Below, in pieces: positions 1 to 9,142 of a stretch of DNA of 58,150 bases. A model generated the notes under the pieces. It made no database searches, had not been told where the DNA came from, and was given only the letters and a program-made list of their open reading frames with translations. How positions within the stretch are numbered: the first letter of the stretch is position 1; each line of letters begins with the position of its first letter. The translations under genes were made by a program, and so were the position numbers. The stretch is from a virus (lineage: Duplodnaviria; Caudoviricetes), in IMG/VR virus record IMGVR_UViG_3300012940_000001, positions 1 through 58,150 of that record, one strand, 5' to 3'.

Positions 1-97
1 CTCCAAGAACCGACCCCACAACTGCCAGTCGTGCGGCGTCGCGTTACTCAGTTCGCGCGGGTCGTAGCCCAGGATCAGGCGCGCCAGCGCCTCGCGC
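1..97. repeat. Terminal overlap identical to 58054-58150 (circular contig)
   Basis: First 97 nt match the last 97 nt; an ORF reads in frame across the join. Confidence 0.95.
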
Positions 98-243
98 TCG
101 TCGTCGGAGGGCGGGACGGACAGGCGATCGACCTCAGCGATCAGGGCGCGCAGAGACTCGGCGAGGTACGCGTACCCCACGTCGGGAAACGACGATCTGT
201 CCCACTTCGCCAGCGCCTCGCGGGCTTCTTCGATTCCGGTCAT
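1..243 (-). CDS. 5' part of hypothetical protein spanning the circular junction (joins 58053..57667, 209 aa total)
   Basis: GAAGGAG RBS, ATG at 243, MTGIEEAR...WGRFLE continues in frame as RADAIIA at 58053. Confidence 0.8.
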   Translation of the reverse strand, partial: MTGIEEAREALAKWDRSSFPDVGYAYLAESLRALIAEVDRLSVPPSDDEREALARLILGYDPRELSNATPHDWQLWGRFLE

Positions 244-279
244 GCTTGCTCCTTCCCTTCGGAACGGGCACGCTCAGCG

Positions 280-1044
280 TCAGGCATGCGGTGTCCTCCA
301 TACGCGAATCTCGACTTCGAGTCCAGCGCTCCGCAGTTGGCGGAGGTAGTCGTACACCGGGGGCGGGACCATGTTCAGGTTGACGGTCCACGAGTCCACG
401 TTGTCGATAAACTCGCGCGGCTCGACGGTCTTCTGGAAAGTAGTACTTTCCGGCGTAGCGTTCACGGGCTGTTCGATCTTGTCCGTGCCGTCGCCCGCGG
501 GAGTGGCCTCCGGTTCCTCGACTTCCGGTTCCGGCTCGGGTTCCGGTTCCTCGATGACCTCGGGTTCCGGCTCGGGTTCGGGTCGGACGATCAACTCGTC
601 CGGTGTGATCCAGTCACGCGCGCCACGCTTGCCCTTCGTCGGCAGGAAGCCCATGTGGTACAGGGCACGGCTGACGGTGATCCACTCCAACCCCGTCTGC
701 TTACAGATGTGAGACACCTGCACAACCTCGGGATAGTTCTGCTTCTCGATGTATTCCAGGATCGTCCGTTGCGTCCGGTTCGCGGGGGGACCGGCCTCGG
801 TGATCGTGGTCGGCAGTTCGTTCACGCCTTTCGGGTCCAGCGGGTGTCGGACACCAGCGCGCCGCAGTCGGGCCATGAGATTCTGGTCCGCTCGAACGTC
901 ACTGTTGGTGAAGTGGACGCTGGTAGAGTCACCGTTCGGGAGCCTCAGGAAGAGGCCCTTCTTCGTTCGTGTGACGCCGACACCTTGGTCCTGCATCGAG
1001 TAGATGAACTGCTTGACTCGACTGTTGCTCCACGTCTCAGCCAT
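280..1044 (-). CDS. HicA-like N-terminal domain plus winged-HTH and acidic PE linker
   Basis: QGVGVTRTKKG...TNSDVRADQNLMARLRRAG resembles phage HicA-like folds; HTH-like VSHICKQTGLEWITVSRAL; GGAGAGG RBS before ATG 1044. Confidence 0.55.
   Translation of the reverse strand: MAETWSNSRVKQFIYSMQDQGVGVTRTKKGLFLRLPNGDSTSVHFTNSDVRADQNLMARLRRAGVRHPLDPKGVNELPTTITEAGPPANRTQRTILEYIEKQNYPEVVQVSHICKQTGLEWITVSRALYHMGFLPTKGKRGARDWITPDELIVRPEPEPEPEVIEEPEPEPEPEVEEPEATPAGDGTDKIEQPVNATPESTTFQKTVEPREFIDNVDSWTVNLNMVPPPVYDYLRQLRSAGLEVEIRVWRTPHA
436..450. promoter_or_regulatory. 15-bp palindrome copy (inside CDS, encodes ESTTF)
   Basis: GAAAGTAGTACTTTC. Confidence 0.75.
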
Positions 1045-1399
1045 TGTTGTCGTCCTCTCCGGCGCTGTGCGCCTCACTGACGAGCGAATACTCGGGGTCG
1101 GTATCCGACAGTTCGGCCACGATTTCTGTCGCGTCTACGGGCGGCAGATCGTCGGCCAGCAGGGCATCCTCACCACGGAGGTACACCCGTTGTGCGTGGG
1201 TCTTCCACGTCCACGCTGAAAGCACACCCCACCCGAGGGTCGCCAGCCCGCAGAGAACGGTGCAGAAGAAGTACCAGAGGATCGTCATCTCTGTCATACC
1301 TCGCACCGCAAGCCACAGGAAGTACAGCGTCACCGCCAGACTCCCCAGGAACGGCAAGAACAGGACGTGTCCTGCCCACAGCCTCCACCACATCTTCAT
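1037..1399 (-). CDS. Membrane protein (2 TM)
   Basis: Hydrophobic segments; ATGA overlap with upstream gene. Confidence 0.7.
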   Translation of the reverse strand: MKMWWRLWAGHVLFLPFLGSLAVTLYFLWLAVRGMTEMTILWYFFCTVLCGLATLGWGVLSAWTWKTHAQRVYLRGEDALLADDLPPVDATEIVAELSDTDPEYSLVSEAHSAGEDDNNG

Positions 1400-1809
1400 G
1401 TTCGTTCCTCTCTCTCCAAGATCGGCATGTCGTCGAACCCGGCGAACCACGGCTCGACCAACTTCGCGTACTCGACTGTCGTGAAACCTCCAATCCCTAT
1501 CAAGTCCTCCGTCGCCATGGCGGTGACAGCGTTCATGCCAGCCCACGCCACGGCCTCAACTGTCCGCGGGTCCATGCCGGTGAGCATGCCGCGCAGATGA
1601 ACCTCCATCGCCGCCGCCCTGACTGCCCGATCCACGTATTCCGAACGGCCGACCATACGTGCCGCCGCGTACGCGAACCGTCCGTGCGGTCGCCCGTAGT
1701 CGTCGATGTACGCTCGGGCGATCACGTCCATCCGGTCATCGTTCAGCAGGGAGGCGAGGCCCAGCACCTTCTCGACTTCCTGCCACTGGGGGCCGTACTC
1801 GTCTTCCAC
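1396..1809 (-). CDS. Hypothetical protein
   Basis: ORF tightly packed in leftward operon. Confidence 0.7.
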   Translation of the reverse strand: MEDEYGPQWQEVEKVLGLASLLNDDRMDVIARAYIDDYGRPHGRFAYAAARMVGRSEYVDRAVRAAAMEVHLRGMLTGMDPRTVEAVAWAGMNAVTAMATEDLIGIGGFTTVEYAKLVEPWFAGFDDMPILEREERT

Positions 1810-1810
1810 G

Positions 1811-2728
1811 TCAACGCACCTTCGTGACGTAGAGCGTGTTCGGTGTCGCCCAGTTCACGCTGTACCCGGACGGGGTGACACCGCTGACGCCACGCAACTG
1901 CTCACGCAGTTCCCGACGCCTCACGTCCGCACCGTTCGCCTCGTCGCGAACCTTCACGTACTCGTCCACCGCCCGGATCGTTTCCTCGTCGGTGATCTGC
2001 TCGTGCGGCACCCACTCGGAACCCTCCCAGCACAGGTCCCGGAACGGGCACATCACCCTCGGGCTGTAGCAGAACGGGGGTGTCTTGTCCCGCAACGCCC
2101 GTGCGTACTCCACGTCACCCTGGTCGATGTGCTCCTGCGCTGTCAGCACGTCGTCGAGCCGCGACTCCACCACGTCGATGAAGTACATGATGCGGTCCCA
2201 GTCGAGCGTGACCTCATAGATGGTCTGTTCGATTCCTGATCTGTCCACGTACAGCAGGGAACCGGTCGCGCCTTCGCTGAGCAACCCGGCCTGGACGAGG
2301 CCGAGCGCGTAGATGCTGACCTGCGCACAGTTCTCCAGCGACGGGCCGTCACGCCGCACCCCCGCGAGTCCGTCTTTCGACTTCACGTCTGCGACCTGGT
2401 TCCGGTCGGGGATCACTATGTCCGCCGTGCCGGAAACGGTCAGCCCGTTCGGGAGGGTCGCGGTGATCGGGACCTGGGTTACCGCGCCGAGGTATTCGGC
2501 GGCGACAGTTTCCAGATGGTCACCAACGAGCGTGCCGACGACTGCGGCTGTCGGCCACTCGTCATTGGGCTGTACGGGTGCCCCCACCATGACGTTGCGG
2601 ATGTACTCGCGGCATCCCCCCAACTCGGAAGGCCCGAGCCGGAGTTGCTGGGATCGTGGCCGCGCGTTCTCATGCGCGACGAGAGCCGCGAGCAGGTCAT
2701 CACTGAGCATCCCCGGCCCCACCGTCAC
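1811..2728 (-). CDS. Cas4-like / PD-(D/E)xK exonuclease
   Basis: PSELGGC, GTADIV, DVKSK, QVSIY and C-terminal CY..CPFRDLC cysteines; start may be 2710. Confidence 0.85.
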   Translation of the reverse strand: MTVGPGMLSDDLLAALVAHENARPRSQQLRLGPSELGGCREYIRNVMVGAPVQPNDEWPTAAVVGTLVGDHLETVAAEYLGAVTQVPITATLPNGLTVSGTADIVIPDRNQVADVKSKDGLAGVRRDGPSLENCAQVSIYALGLVQAGLLSEGATGSLLYVDRSGIEQTIYEVTLDWDRIMYFIDVVESRLDDVLTAQEHIDQGDVEYARALRDKTPPFCYSPRVMCPFRDLCWEGSEWVPHEQITDEETIRAVDEYVKVRDEANGADVRRRELREQLRGVSGVTPSGYSVNWATPNTLYVTKVR

Positions 2729-3347
2729 GCGTATGCACAGCCTGCTGGAGGCGGGTCATGCCGGTTGTTCCGCTGGCCGTCCCGCTCCCCTGTGCTGTCG
2801 CCGGGAAAGTAGTACTTTCTTCCGGGGCGACGTACAGCGGGGATGCTTCGTCAACCAACTGCAACGTGCCGCGCACGAGGGGGGCGGAGTCGTTGCCGTC
2901 GTACAGGCCGAGTCCGAACCGGTCGCCGAGGCCGATCGCCGCACGCCTGAGCGCGTACGATTCGACGGAAGTGACGGCCATGGCGTGCGCTTCACCCCGG
3001 TCGGGGAGGGCGCTGTTCGCTTCGACGTGGTACTCGACGAACGATGCGATGACCTGGCCGGTGTAGTCGCGGACGGTCAACCGGACGGATGCTTTGTAGC
3101 AGGCCCGCCAGTAGGAGGTTTTCCCGTTCCACTTCTGCCCATACTCGGGGGAGCCGACAGGAATCTCCTGCTCCCACAAGAGTTCCATCGACTCGACCTG
3201 GCTGTCCCAGTTCCCGTACCCGAACACGCGGGTCAGTTCTGCCCGGACCTCATGCTGGGACATGTAAGCCATGCCCTGCTTCTTCTCGACATGGGTGGGG
3301 TCGATGCCCTTGACGAGGCGTTCGACCTGCTTACGCGTCAGCGGCAT
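2700..3347 (-). CDS. Rad52/22-family single-strand annealing protein
   Basis: AYMSQHEVRAELTRVFGYGNW and ALRRAAIGLGDRFGLGLY motifs; adjacent to exonuclease. Confidence 0.85.
   Translation of the reverse strand: MPLTRKQVERLVKGIDPTHVEKKQGMAYMSQHEVRAELTRVFGYGNWDSQVESMELLWEQEIPVGSPEYGQKWNGKTSYWRACYKASVRLTVRDYTGQVIASFVEYHVEANSALPDRGEAHAMAVTSVESYALRRAAIGLGDRFGLGLYDGNDSAPLVRGTLQLVDEASPLYVAPEESTTFPATAQGSGTASGTTGMTRLQQAVHTRDGGAGDAQ
2805..2819. promoter_or_regulatory. 15-bp palindrome copy (inside CDS, encodes ESTTF)
   Basis: GAAAGTAGTACTTTC. Confidence 0.75.
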
Positions 3348-3711
3348 TCGCAGTCCTTTCCACGGCTTTCAGCAGGGCGACGAAGTTCTCCGCCGTCATC
3401 GTGACCCACTGCTTGCGGGGGTCCTGGGTCCCCTTCCGCTTGTGGATGATGACACCGGCCGTGGCCTGGAGGTTGAGGCGTTCTACCTCTACCTCGGTGG
3501 CCCACTTCGCCAGTTCTACCCGTGCCACGTTCTTCACTTCAATCGCGACCTTGTGGCCGTTGACGCGGACACCGGCAATGTCTCCGGTGTCTTTCGCTCC
3601 GCGCTTCACGGCCCGGTCGATACGGTCGTCCACTTCGTCGGCGAGGTAGTCCGCCATGAGCCGCTCGAACTTCGAGCCAGCCTGTCGGGCGGACGCGTTG
3701 GACCTCACCAC
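3331..3711 (-). CDS. Holliday junction resolvase (Hjc-like PD-(D/E)xK)
   Basis: GSKFERLMADYL...GDIAGV...IEVKN. Confidence 0.8.
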   Translation of the reverse strand: MVRSNASARQAGSKFERLMADYLADEVDDRIDRAVKRGAKDTGDIAGVRVNGHKVAIEVKNVARVELAKWATEVEVERLNLQATAGVIIHKRKGTQDPRKQWVTMTAENFVALLKAVERTANAADA

Positions 3712-4142
3712 GGAACTTCGTCACCGGTCGGTGTGTGGAAGTCAGGCGTGTCGTTCGAGTCATTTACCGAACGAGGGGCGCTTGTCTTCTGGTACGCCGT
3801 GAACGCCACGCTCATCCCGATTTCGTCGATGACGAGTTCGGTGGCGGACTTCGGGTTCCCTTCCTTGTCCTCGTAGTTCCGGGTCTTCAACTGTCCGGAC
3901 GCGATGACGCGGGAGCCTTTGCTGGCGGTGTTGGCGAAGTTCTCTGCGGGCTTCCCCCACAGGACGCAGTTGGTGAAGACGGGTGTGCCGTCTTCGTACT
4001 CCTTCGTGTCTTTGTTGAAGACGCGGGGAGTCGACGCGATCGAGAACGAGGCGACAGGCTGACCAGCCTGGGTGAACCTCAACTCGGGGTCTCGCGTCAG
4101 GTTTCCAGCCACGGTGACCTGGGGGACAGTGAGTTGTGCCAT
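3705..4142 (-). CDS. ssb: Single-stranded DNA-binding protein
   Basis: GNLTRDPELRFT, actinobacterial SSB signature; acidic C-terminus DEVPW. Confidence 0.95.
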   Translation of the reverse strand: MAQLTVPQVTVAGNLTRDPELRFTQAGQPVASFSIASTPRVFNKDTKEYEDGTPVFTNCVLWGKPAENFANTASKGSRVIASGQLKTRNYEDKEGNPKSATELVIDEIGMSVAFTAYQKTSAPRSVNDSNDTPDFHTPTGDEVPW

Positions 4143-4144
4143 GA

Positions 4145-4159
4145 GAAAGTACTACTTTC
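4145..4159. promoter_or_regulatory. 15-bp palindrome copy covering the ssb ribosome-binding region
   Basis: GAAAGTACTACTTTC 2 nt from the start codon. Confidence 0.8.
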
Positions 4160-4194
4160 CGTGTGGTGGTGGGCGTAGCCCCTTTAGTACCTCC

Positions 4195-4223
4195 ATTCTA
4201 TCAGTTTTGTGGGAACAAATCAA
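4195..4223 (-). promoter_or_regulatory. SigA-like promoter for ssb/recombination operon
   Basis: TTGATT-17 nt-TAGAAT with TGn extension. Confidence 0.65.
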
Positions 4224-4498
4224 GCCCCGAAGAGCCTCATGATCACAGCGGTCAGGTTGAAACCGACCACGAAACAGCACACGTAGAACGCGATCTTCAC
4301 CCTGCGCGCGTACACCTTGGCCTCACGGGCATGCCGCTCGTAGTCGTTCAGGACCTGAGCGACGATCGGCCCGAGTTCAGGCGGAAGCATCACCGACCAC
4401 GCGTGCCTGTCCTCCGGCTGGTGCCCGTACTGCAACGTGCACTTCATGCCGTGCGGCCCGATCGCCTCGCAAAGGATCACTTCCGACTGGTCCACCAC
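4220..4498 (-). CDS. Hypothetical membrane protein
   Basis: C/H-rich N-terminus, C-terminal TM. Confidence 0.65.
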   Translation of the reverse strand: MVDQSEVILCEAIGPHGMKCTLQYGHQPEDRHAWSVMLPPELGPIVAQVLNDYERHAREAKVYARRVKIAFYVCCFVVGFNLTAVIMRLFGA

Positions 4499-4594
4499 GA
4501 CGACCTCTGCTTCCTCGCGGCCCGACCTGCCCGCATGCGTCTTGCTGTGTACGCCTCGCTCAACTCCGCCCTGACCTTGAGCATCCTCGGCACC

Positions 4595-5014
4595 CTATTG
4601 ATCCGCACTCTCTGCCCTCTCCTTCTTGATCCTCAGCACCGCCTCACGTTCCTGTCGAACCACCTGATCCAACAGACCATCGTCCCGAGGCTCCCGCCCC
4701 AGGTACGCGATCGTCTGCGCCCGGTGGATCGCGAGCGCCTGAGCCTCCGTCGCCGCCCACTCCCGATACAGCGGCCTGTCGCTCGCGTCACGCACGAGCG
4801 TCTCGAAGATCGCCGCGTACCCAGGCTCATCGTCCATCAGGAACGAGGAAGTCTGGTCGAACCCGAGCCAGATCGTCGACACCTGCAACATCGGGTCCGC
4901 GTCATCCCGGTCGATCGCGACGATCCTGTACCCAGGGTCCTCGAACTTCGTCGCCCACGTGAGCGTCCCGTCAATCGGGTTGTTGTCCCGATCCCAATAC
5001 CTGATACCGGTCAC
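4595..5014 (-). CDS. Hypothetical protein
   Basis: GTGA overlap start; VSTIWLGFD...IFETLV phage-like motif. Confidence 0.65.
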   Translation of the reverse strand: MTGIRYWDRDNNPIDGTLTWATKFEDPGYRIVAIDRDDADPMLQVSTIWLGFDQTSSFLMDDEPGYAAIFETLVRDASDRPLYREWAATEAQALAIHRAQTIAYLGREPRDDGLLDQVVRQEREAVLRIKKERAESADQ

Positions 5015-5217
5015 CGGTACCCTCCCCTCGTCACCACGTCGTCGTAGTGCCAGTTCATGAGGGAAGCGATCAGCGCGACAGCCGTAGCCACGATCGCGCA
5101 CAGCATCGCCACCCAACTTCTCTCGATGATCCCCCCGGTCGCGAACGACGCGGCCGTCGCCGCACCGAGGATCGTCACCCACTTCGTCACGGTCTTCATC
5201 ACGCGGGCACGCCTCAT
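5011..5217 (-). CDS. Small membrane protein (2 TM)
   Basis: ATGA overlap, hydrophobic helices. Confidence 0.6.
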   Translation of the reverse strand: MRRARVMKTVTKWVTILGAATAASFATGGIIERSWVAMLCAIVATAVALIASLMNWHYDDVVTRGGYR

Positions 5218-5396
5218 GACACGCCCCCCTCTCCGGTATCGGACCACAGCACACCAGCGGAAACCTCGCGATCCAAATGGAACCAGTCCACGTTCCGCCG
5301 ACCGTGACTGGTGGGTGTATGGCACGGGTCCCCAGGCTTCGCGAAGCACGCCAGGCACGTCACCCCCAGGATGCGTTCCCTCGTCTCGTCGTCCAT
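5214..5396 (-). CDS. Small zinc-finger protein
   Basis: CLAC..AKPGDPC...HLDR. Confidence 0.65.
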   Translation of the reverse strand: MDDETRERILGVTCLACFAKPGDPCHTPTSHGRRNVDWFHLDREVSAGVLWSDTGEGGVS

Positions 5397-5438
5397 GCGC
5401 GGCTCTCTCTCTCAACTACGTCTTTCTCGGGTGGTGGG

Positions 5439-5795
5439 TTATTGGTTGACTTCGTTCTTGATCCGGAGGATCGTCTCCCGGTGCTTCTCTGGCACGTCAT
5501 CCAGGGTGCTGACAGGGTGCGTGAGGATGTACCAGTACGCGGTGTTCTTCATCGTGCAGTTCGGGCAGGTGCGTGGTGACAGGATGCCCCACCAGCCCAT
5601 GAACGGTGGGTAATCCCAGCCCGCGTTCCACGCGTCGTACTCGGTCAGGTTGTCGACCTTGCCGCACACTTCGCACAGGTACTCGTTGATGCGCACCGTG
5701 TCCGGGTTGTCCTGCGCGCGGAGCATCGCTTCGATCTGCTCTTCGGCGGGGATGAACTCGCGTTTCTCGACCTGTGTCTTGTTTTCGTTGGTCAT
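5439..5795 (-). CDS. Hypothetical zinc-ribbon protein
   Basis: CEVC...CPNC; GAAAGGAG RBS. Confidence 0.7.
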   Translation of the reverse strand: MTNENKTQVEKREFIPAEEQIEAMLRAQDNPDTVRINEYLCEVCGKVDNLTEYDAWNAGWDYPPFMGWWGILSPRTCPNCTMKNTAYWYILTHPVSTLDDVPEKHRETILRIKNEVNQ

Positions 5796-5796
5796 G

Positions 5797-5811
5797 GAAA
5801 GTACTCCTTTC
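5797..5811. promoter_or_regulatory. Variant palindrome doubling as Shine-Dalgarno
   Basis: Minus strand GAAAGGAGTACTTTC-C-ATG. Confidence 0.6.
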
Positions 5812-5873
5812 TGGAGGGGGGGGAGGGAACCCCCGAATCTGACCCAAGGGGTCCCCTCCCCGGCTGGCTGGCG

Positions 5874-6056
5874 TCAGTCGACCTGGGCCTTCTCGTCCCA
5901 GGCGCGCGCCTCGCCCGGGCTGGCGTACTGGTCCGCGACGGTCGCCTTGCTCTCGCCCTTCGCGGCCTCGGCCACGGCGTCGACCGGGGCGGACACCTTC
6001 TCGACGACCTCGGTGGCCTCGACCTCGGGCGCTTCCTGGACTGCGGTGCTGGTCAT
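5874..6056 (-). CDS. Small acidic hypothetical protein
   Basis: GAAAGGAACAACC RBS; strongly GC3-biased codons. Confidence 0.7.
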   Translation of the reverse strand: MTSTAVQEAPEVEATEVVEKVSAPVDAVAEAAKGESKATVADQYASPGEARAWDEKAQVD

Positions 6057-6094
6057 GGTTGTTCCTTTCGTCTGTTTCTCTTTCGGGGTCCCGG

Positions 6095-6973
6095 TCATTC
6101 AGCGACCGGAACGGTGTTCCTGACGCACAGCCACCAGTCGGTGCCGAGGTCAAGAGGTCTGTGGTCGGGGACCCGGTTGAGCGGACTGTGCTCGACCGTG
6201 CCGGTGACGTACGTCACGCCGTCCCGGATGATGCCCGAAGCGTAGTGGTTCGAGTTGTGCAGTGCGTACCTCTGGATGTCGGACGAGTGCGGTGCCGTGA
6301 AGTTCTTCGTCTGGATGAAGAACATGTCCCCCTGCCGGAGAACCTTGCGCCGCTCAACCTCCGCGATCTTCACCGACGCTGGCTTGAGCGACTCGTACGC
6401 CTCGTCCACCGAACGGGGTGCTTCGTCGGGCGGCAACTCGCAGAAGAAGTACGACAGCCCAGGCTCGTTGCTGTCGTACCCGGCGAGGAAGTACGCCGTG
6501 CGCGTGAAGTCCTTCCGAACCTCCCGATACCAGCGGGACGGGTCAGGCACGTACCTGATCACCTTCACGGTTCCCTTGAGCAACTGCTCTTCCGCGCGGA
6601 GGCTATACGCGAACGTCCTCCGAGGCCGCGAGTCGATGACCTCCACGTCCCTCAGGTTCAGCGTCGCGATCGCCTGGATGCGCTCAGGCAGGATGACCGG
6701 GACGCCACCAGCACGGCGGGTGAGGTCCATGATGCGACGGTGCAACCCGACACTCCCATGGCGAGGCACGTTCATCCGCACGATCGGCGACCCGTCGTCA
6801 TGGGGGCCGATATACGTCGCGATCAAGGCTCCACCCATCCGCTCCAGCAGGTTGAACCTGCTCGTGTACACGAACCTCGGTATCTCCCTGCGCGCCTCAT
6901 CGCTGGCGTAAAAGCGAAATTCCGAAGCCCCTTCCTTGGCGTGGGCTTGGGCTTCTGCGAGCCACTTCTTCAT
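6095..6973 (-). CDS. Hypothetical protein (RQGD motif, His-rich C-terminus)
   Basis: Long ORF with RBS; LRQGDMFF...HNSNH...EH...DH. Confidence 0.7.
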   Translation of the reverse strand: MKKWLAEAQAHAKEGASEFRFYASDEARREIPRFVYTSRFNLLERMGGALIATYIGPHDDGSPIVRMNVPRHGSVGLHRRIMDLTRRAGGVPVILPERIQAIATLNLRDVEVIDSRPRRTFAYSLRAEEQLLKGTVKVIRYVPDPSRWYREVRKDFTRTAYFLAGYDSNEPGLSYFFCELPPDEAPRSVDEAYESLKPASVKIAEVERRKVLRQGDMFFIQTKNFTAPHSSDIQRYALHNSNHYASGIIRDGVTYVTGTVEHSPLNRVPDHRPLDLGTDWWLCVRNTVPVAE

Positions 6974-6995
6974 CGGTTGTTCCTACCTCTCTCTC

Positions 6996-7010
6996 GAAAG
7001 TACTACTTTC
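6996..7010. promoter_or_regulatory. 15-bp palindrome copy
   Basis: GAAAGTACTACTTTC upstream of 6973 gene. Confidence 0.8.
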
Positions 7011-7029
7011 CCTACCAGACTGCATGCAC

Positions 7030-7181
7030 TGTTACACCCCGTCCCCGGGGGTGCGACACCTGTAACACCTGTAACAATGAGACGAGTGTTACACCTAACC
7101 GTCTCCCCAGGAAAAATGCCCCCTGACCTGGGACTGTTACACTTGTTACACCTGTTACACCCCCGGGAACCGGGTGTAACA
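7030..7181. repeat. TGT(T/A)ACA iteron cluster, candidate replication origin
   Basis: 8 copies at 7030, 7061, 7070, 7087, 7135, 7144, 7153, 7175; non-coding; abuts primase-helicase stop. Confidence 0.7.
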
Positions 7182-7189
7182 CTCTCCCC

Positions 7190-8953
7190 CTACTTCTCTT
7201 CCGCAGGCGCGAACTTCATCGACTGCCACACCCCGAACGCGGGCTGATGCACCATCCCACGCTGACGCAACCGATTCAGGTTCGTCCGCACCGTCCCCGG
7301 CTTCTCGTCACCGAATGCAGCCTCAATCTCCCGCGTCGTGATCGCCCCCGGCTGAGCATCGACGAACGCCTTGATCGCCTGAGCCAGAGCACCCTGCCGC
7401 ACACCGGTCTGCTCCGCGTTGATGACCTCACCGACCGTACGCTTCGAGTCGCCCAACCAGGTCACCTTCGTCGTCGTACCCTCCTGACCATCGTCCATCA
7501 GCATCGTCACCACATCCGTCCGATACTGGAACGACTTGCCCGTAGCCATGCCGTTCCCCTTGTCGATCGTCAGGATCGTCGGCGGGTTGTCGTCCCCGTT
7601 CTCGTCCATCGCCTCTTCCTTCGCGAACACCATCAGCCCACGAGACGCATCACGCCACGCGTGCGAACCCGACACCATGTCCGACTGGGCACCACCGCCC
7701 TTCCGGAAGTGCGCGATCCCCAGGATCGACACGCCGAGTTCCTGACCCAACTGGTTGAGCGGGTCGACTACACGCCGCACGTCCGCCAACTTGTCGTTGT
7801 CACCGCCGACCGTGGACGTGATCGGGTCGATGATGATGACCTTCGCGTCCGTCATCCGGATCGCCTGACGGATCAAGTCCAGGTCCTCAGGCAACCGAGG
7901 AACCGACACACCCTCCACGTTCTTCGACGTGATCCCGAGCCGATGGAACCGGGACAGGTCAACGCCGTTCGCGATCGCGCGAGGCTTCACGATTTCCTCA
8001 ACCGAGTCCTCATGCGACACGTACAGAACCGTGGACGGCTCACCGTACAGATGCCCAGGAATCTTCCCGCGCGTGATCCCACCGGCCAGCCAGATCGCGA
8101 ACGTGGACTTCGCCACGCCACCCTTCCCAGCCATGAGGACGAACGCCCCGTACGGGATCATGTTCTCCCACAGGAACCGGGGTTTCCGGGTCTTCACGTC
8201 CTCCATGCGGAGCAGGGACACAGCACGCTCAGGCTCGGGCTTGTCTGCCCGGTACGGCTCTACATCGAGCGGCACAAGGTCTGCGAGTTCACCACCATCC
8301 AGCCACACATCATCGACACCCTGCTTCTCTCTCGGTGCCGTCATGATCGACTCGACCGTGGCGATACCCGCCAGCCTTGCGGCCAGGTGCGCCATTGCCG
8401 CGCGCCCCGGCTCGTCGTTGTCCGCGATCAGGCGGACACGCTTGCCGACGAGCGGGTCCAGGTCCACACTGTCCACCGCCTTCGCGCCACCGGGCCATGT
8501 GGTCACGGCCGGGAGGCCGAGACGAAGCGCCGCATCAACGCTCTTCTCTCCCTCGACGACCGCCACAATCTCGGCTTCCTCGATCGGCTGGCTGTCGGGG
8601 TGACGGTACAACTGCGTCACCTTGCCGGGGTGGTTCCGCTGAACAATCTCCTTCCCGTCACGCGTGCGGAACCTCAGCACGTCGTGACCATTCGGGTAGT
8701 GGTACACGGCGCGACCGTCCTTGTCGAACAGGTCACCGAGTTCGAGGCCCAAAGCGCGTGCAATGTCCTCGGCGGGGCAGTCGTACGAGTGGCACCTGAC
8801 CAGGACACCCTGGTCGCCAATCGCTACGGCCAGGTTGAGGTCCTGACCGTTGTGGCCGGGGCACTGGGCGCGTGCCCTGCCCCTTCCGTCTGCCTTGTAC
8901 TTGAATCCGTTGCTGGTGAGCGCGTCCAAGAAGCGCGCGTACGCGGCCGACAC
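7190..8953 (-). CDS. DNA primase-helicase (Zn-binding, TOPRIM, RepA/AAA_25-like helicase, C-terminal wHTH)
   Basis: CPGH..CHSYDC; VEGEK..DND; GKGGVAKS; IIIDP; AHFRK. Confidence 0.9.
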   Translation of the reverse strand: MSAAYARFLDALTSNGFKYKADGRGRARAQCPGHNGQDLNLAVAIGDQGVLVRCHSYDCPAEDIARALGLELGDLFDKDGRAVYHYPNGHDVLRFRTRDGKEIVQRNHPGKVTQLYRHPDSQPIEEAEIVAVVEGEKSVDAALRLGLPAVTTWPGGAKAVDSVDLDPLVGKRVRLIADNDEPGRAAMAHLAARLAGIATVESIMTAPREKQGVDDVWLDGGELADLVPLDVEPYRADKPEPERAVSLLRMEDVKTRKPRFLWENMIPYGAFVLMAGKGGVAKSTFAIWLAGGITRGKIPGHLYGEPSTVLYVSHEDSVEEIVKPRAIANGVDLSRFHRLGITSKNVEGVSVPRLPEDLDLIRQAIRMTDAKVIIIDPITSTVGGDNDKLADVRRVVDPLNQLGQELGVSILGIAHFRKGGGAQSDMVSGSHAWRDASRGLMVFAKEEAMDENGDDNPPTILTIDKGNGMATGKSFQYRTDVVTMLMDDGQEGTTTKVTWLGDSKRTVGEVINAEQTGVRQGALAQAIKAFVDAQPGAITTREIEAAFGDEKPGTVRTNLNRLRQRGMVHQPAFGVWQSMKFAPAEEK

Positions 8954-9095
8954 CTTGGTTCAGAGACCAGATGCGGGGGCCGGTGCGGGCGAGGGGTACA
9001 ACCTATAGGTGGACACAGAAACGCCTCCATTGCGTCGAGGCGCGCCACCCTGTATAGACTGGAGGCACGCCGGGTTGTCAGATACCCATGATCCT

Positions 9096-9135
9096 AGAGC
9101 GGCCCCCGGGAGTGGACAACTCCGGGGGCCGCTCT
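9096..9135. terminator. Strong GC hairpin, likely terminator
   Basis: AGAGCGGCCCCCGG...CCGGGGGCCGCTCT. Confidence 0.65.
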
Positions 9136-9142
9136 CTTTGGA

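Noticed and set aside
1-97. Physical direct terminal repeat
   Set aside because: Falls mid-gene; consistent with assembly overlap of a circular contig
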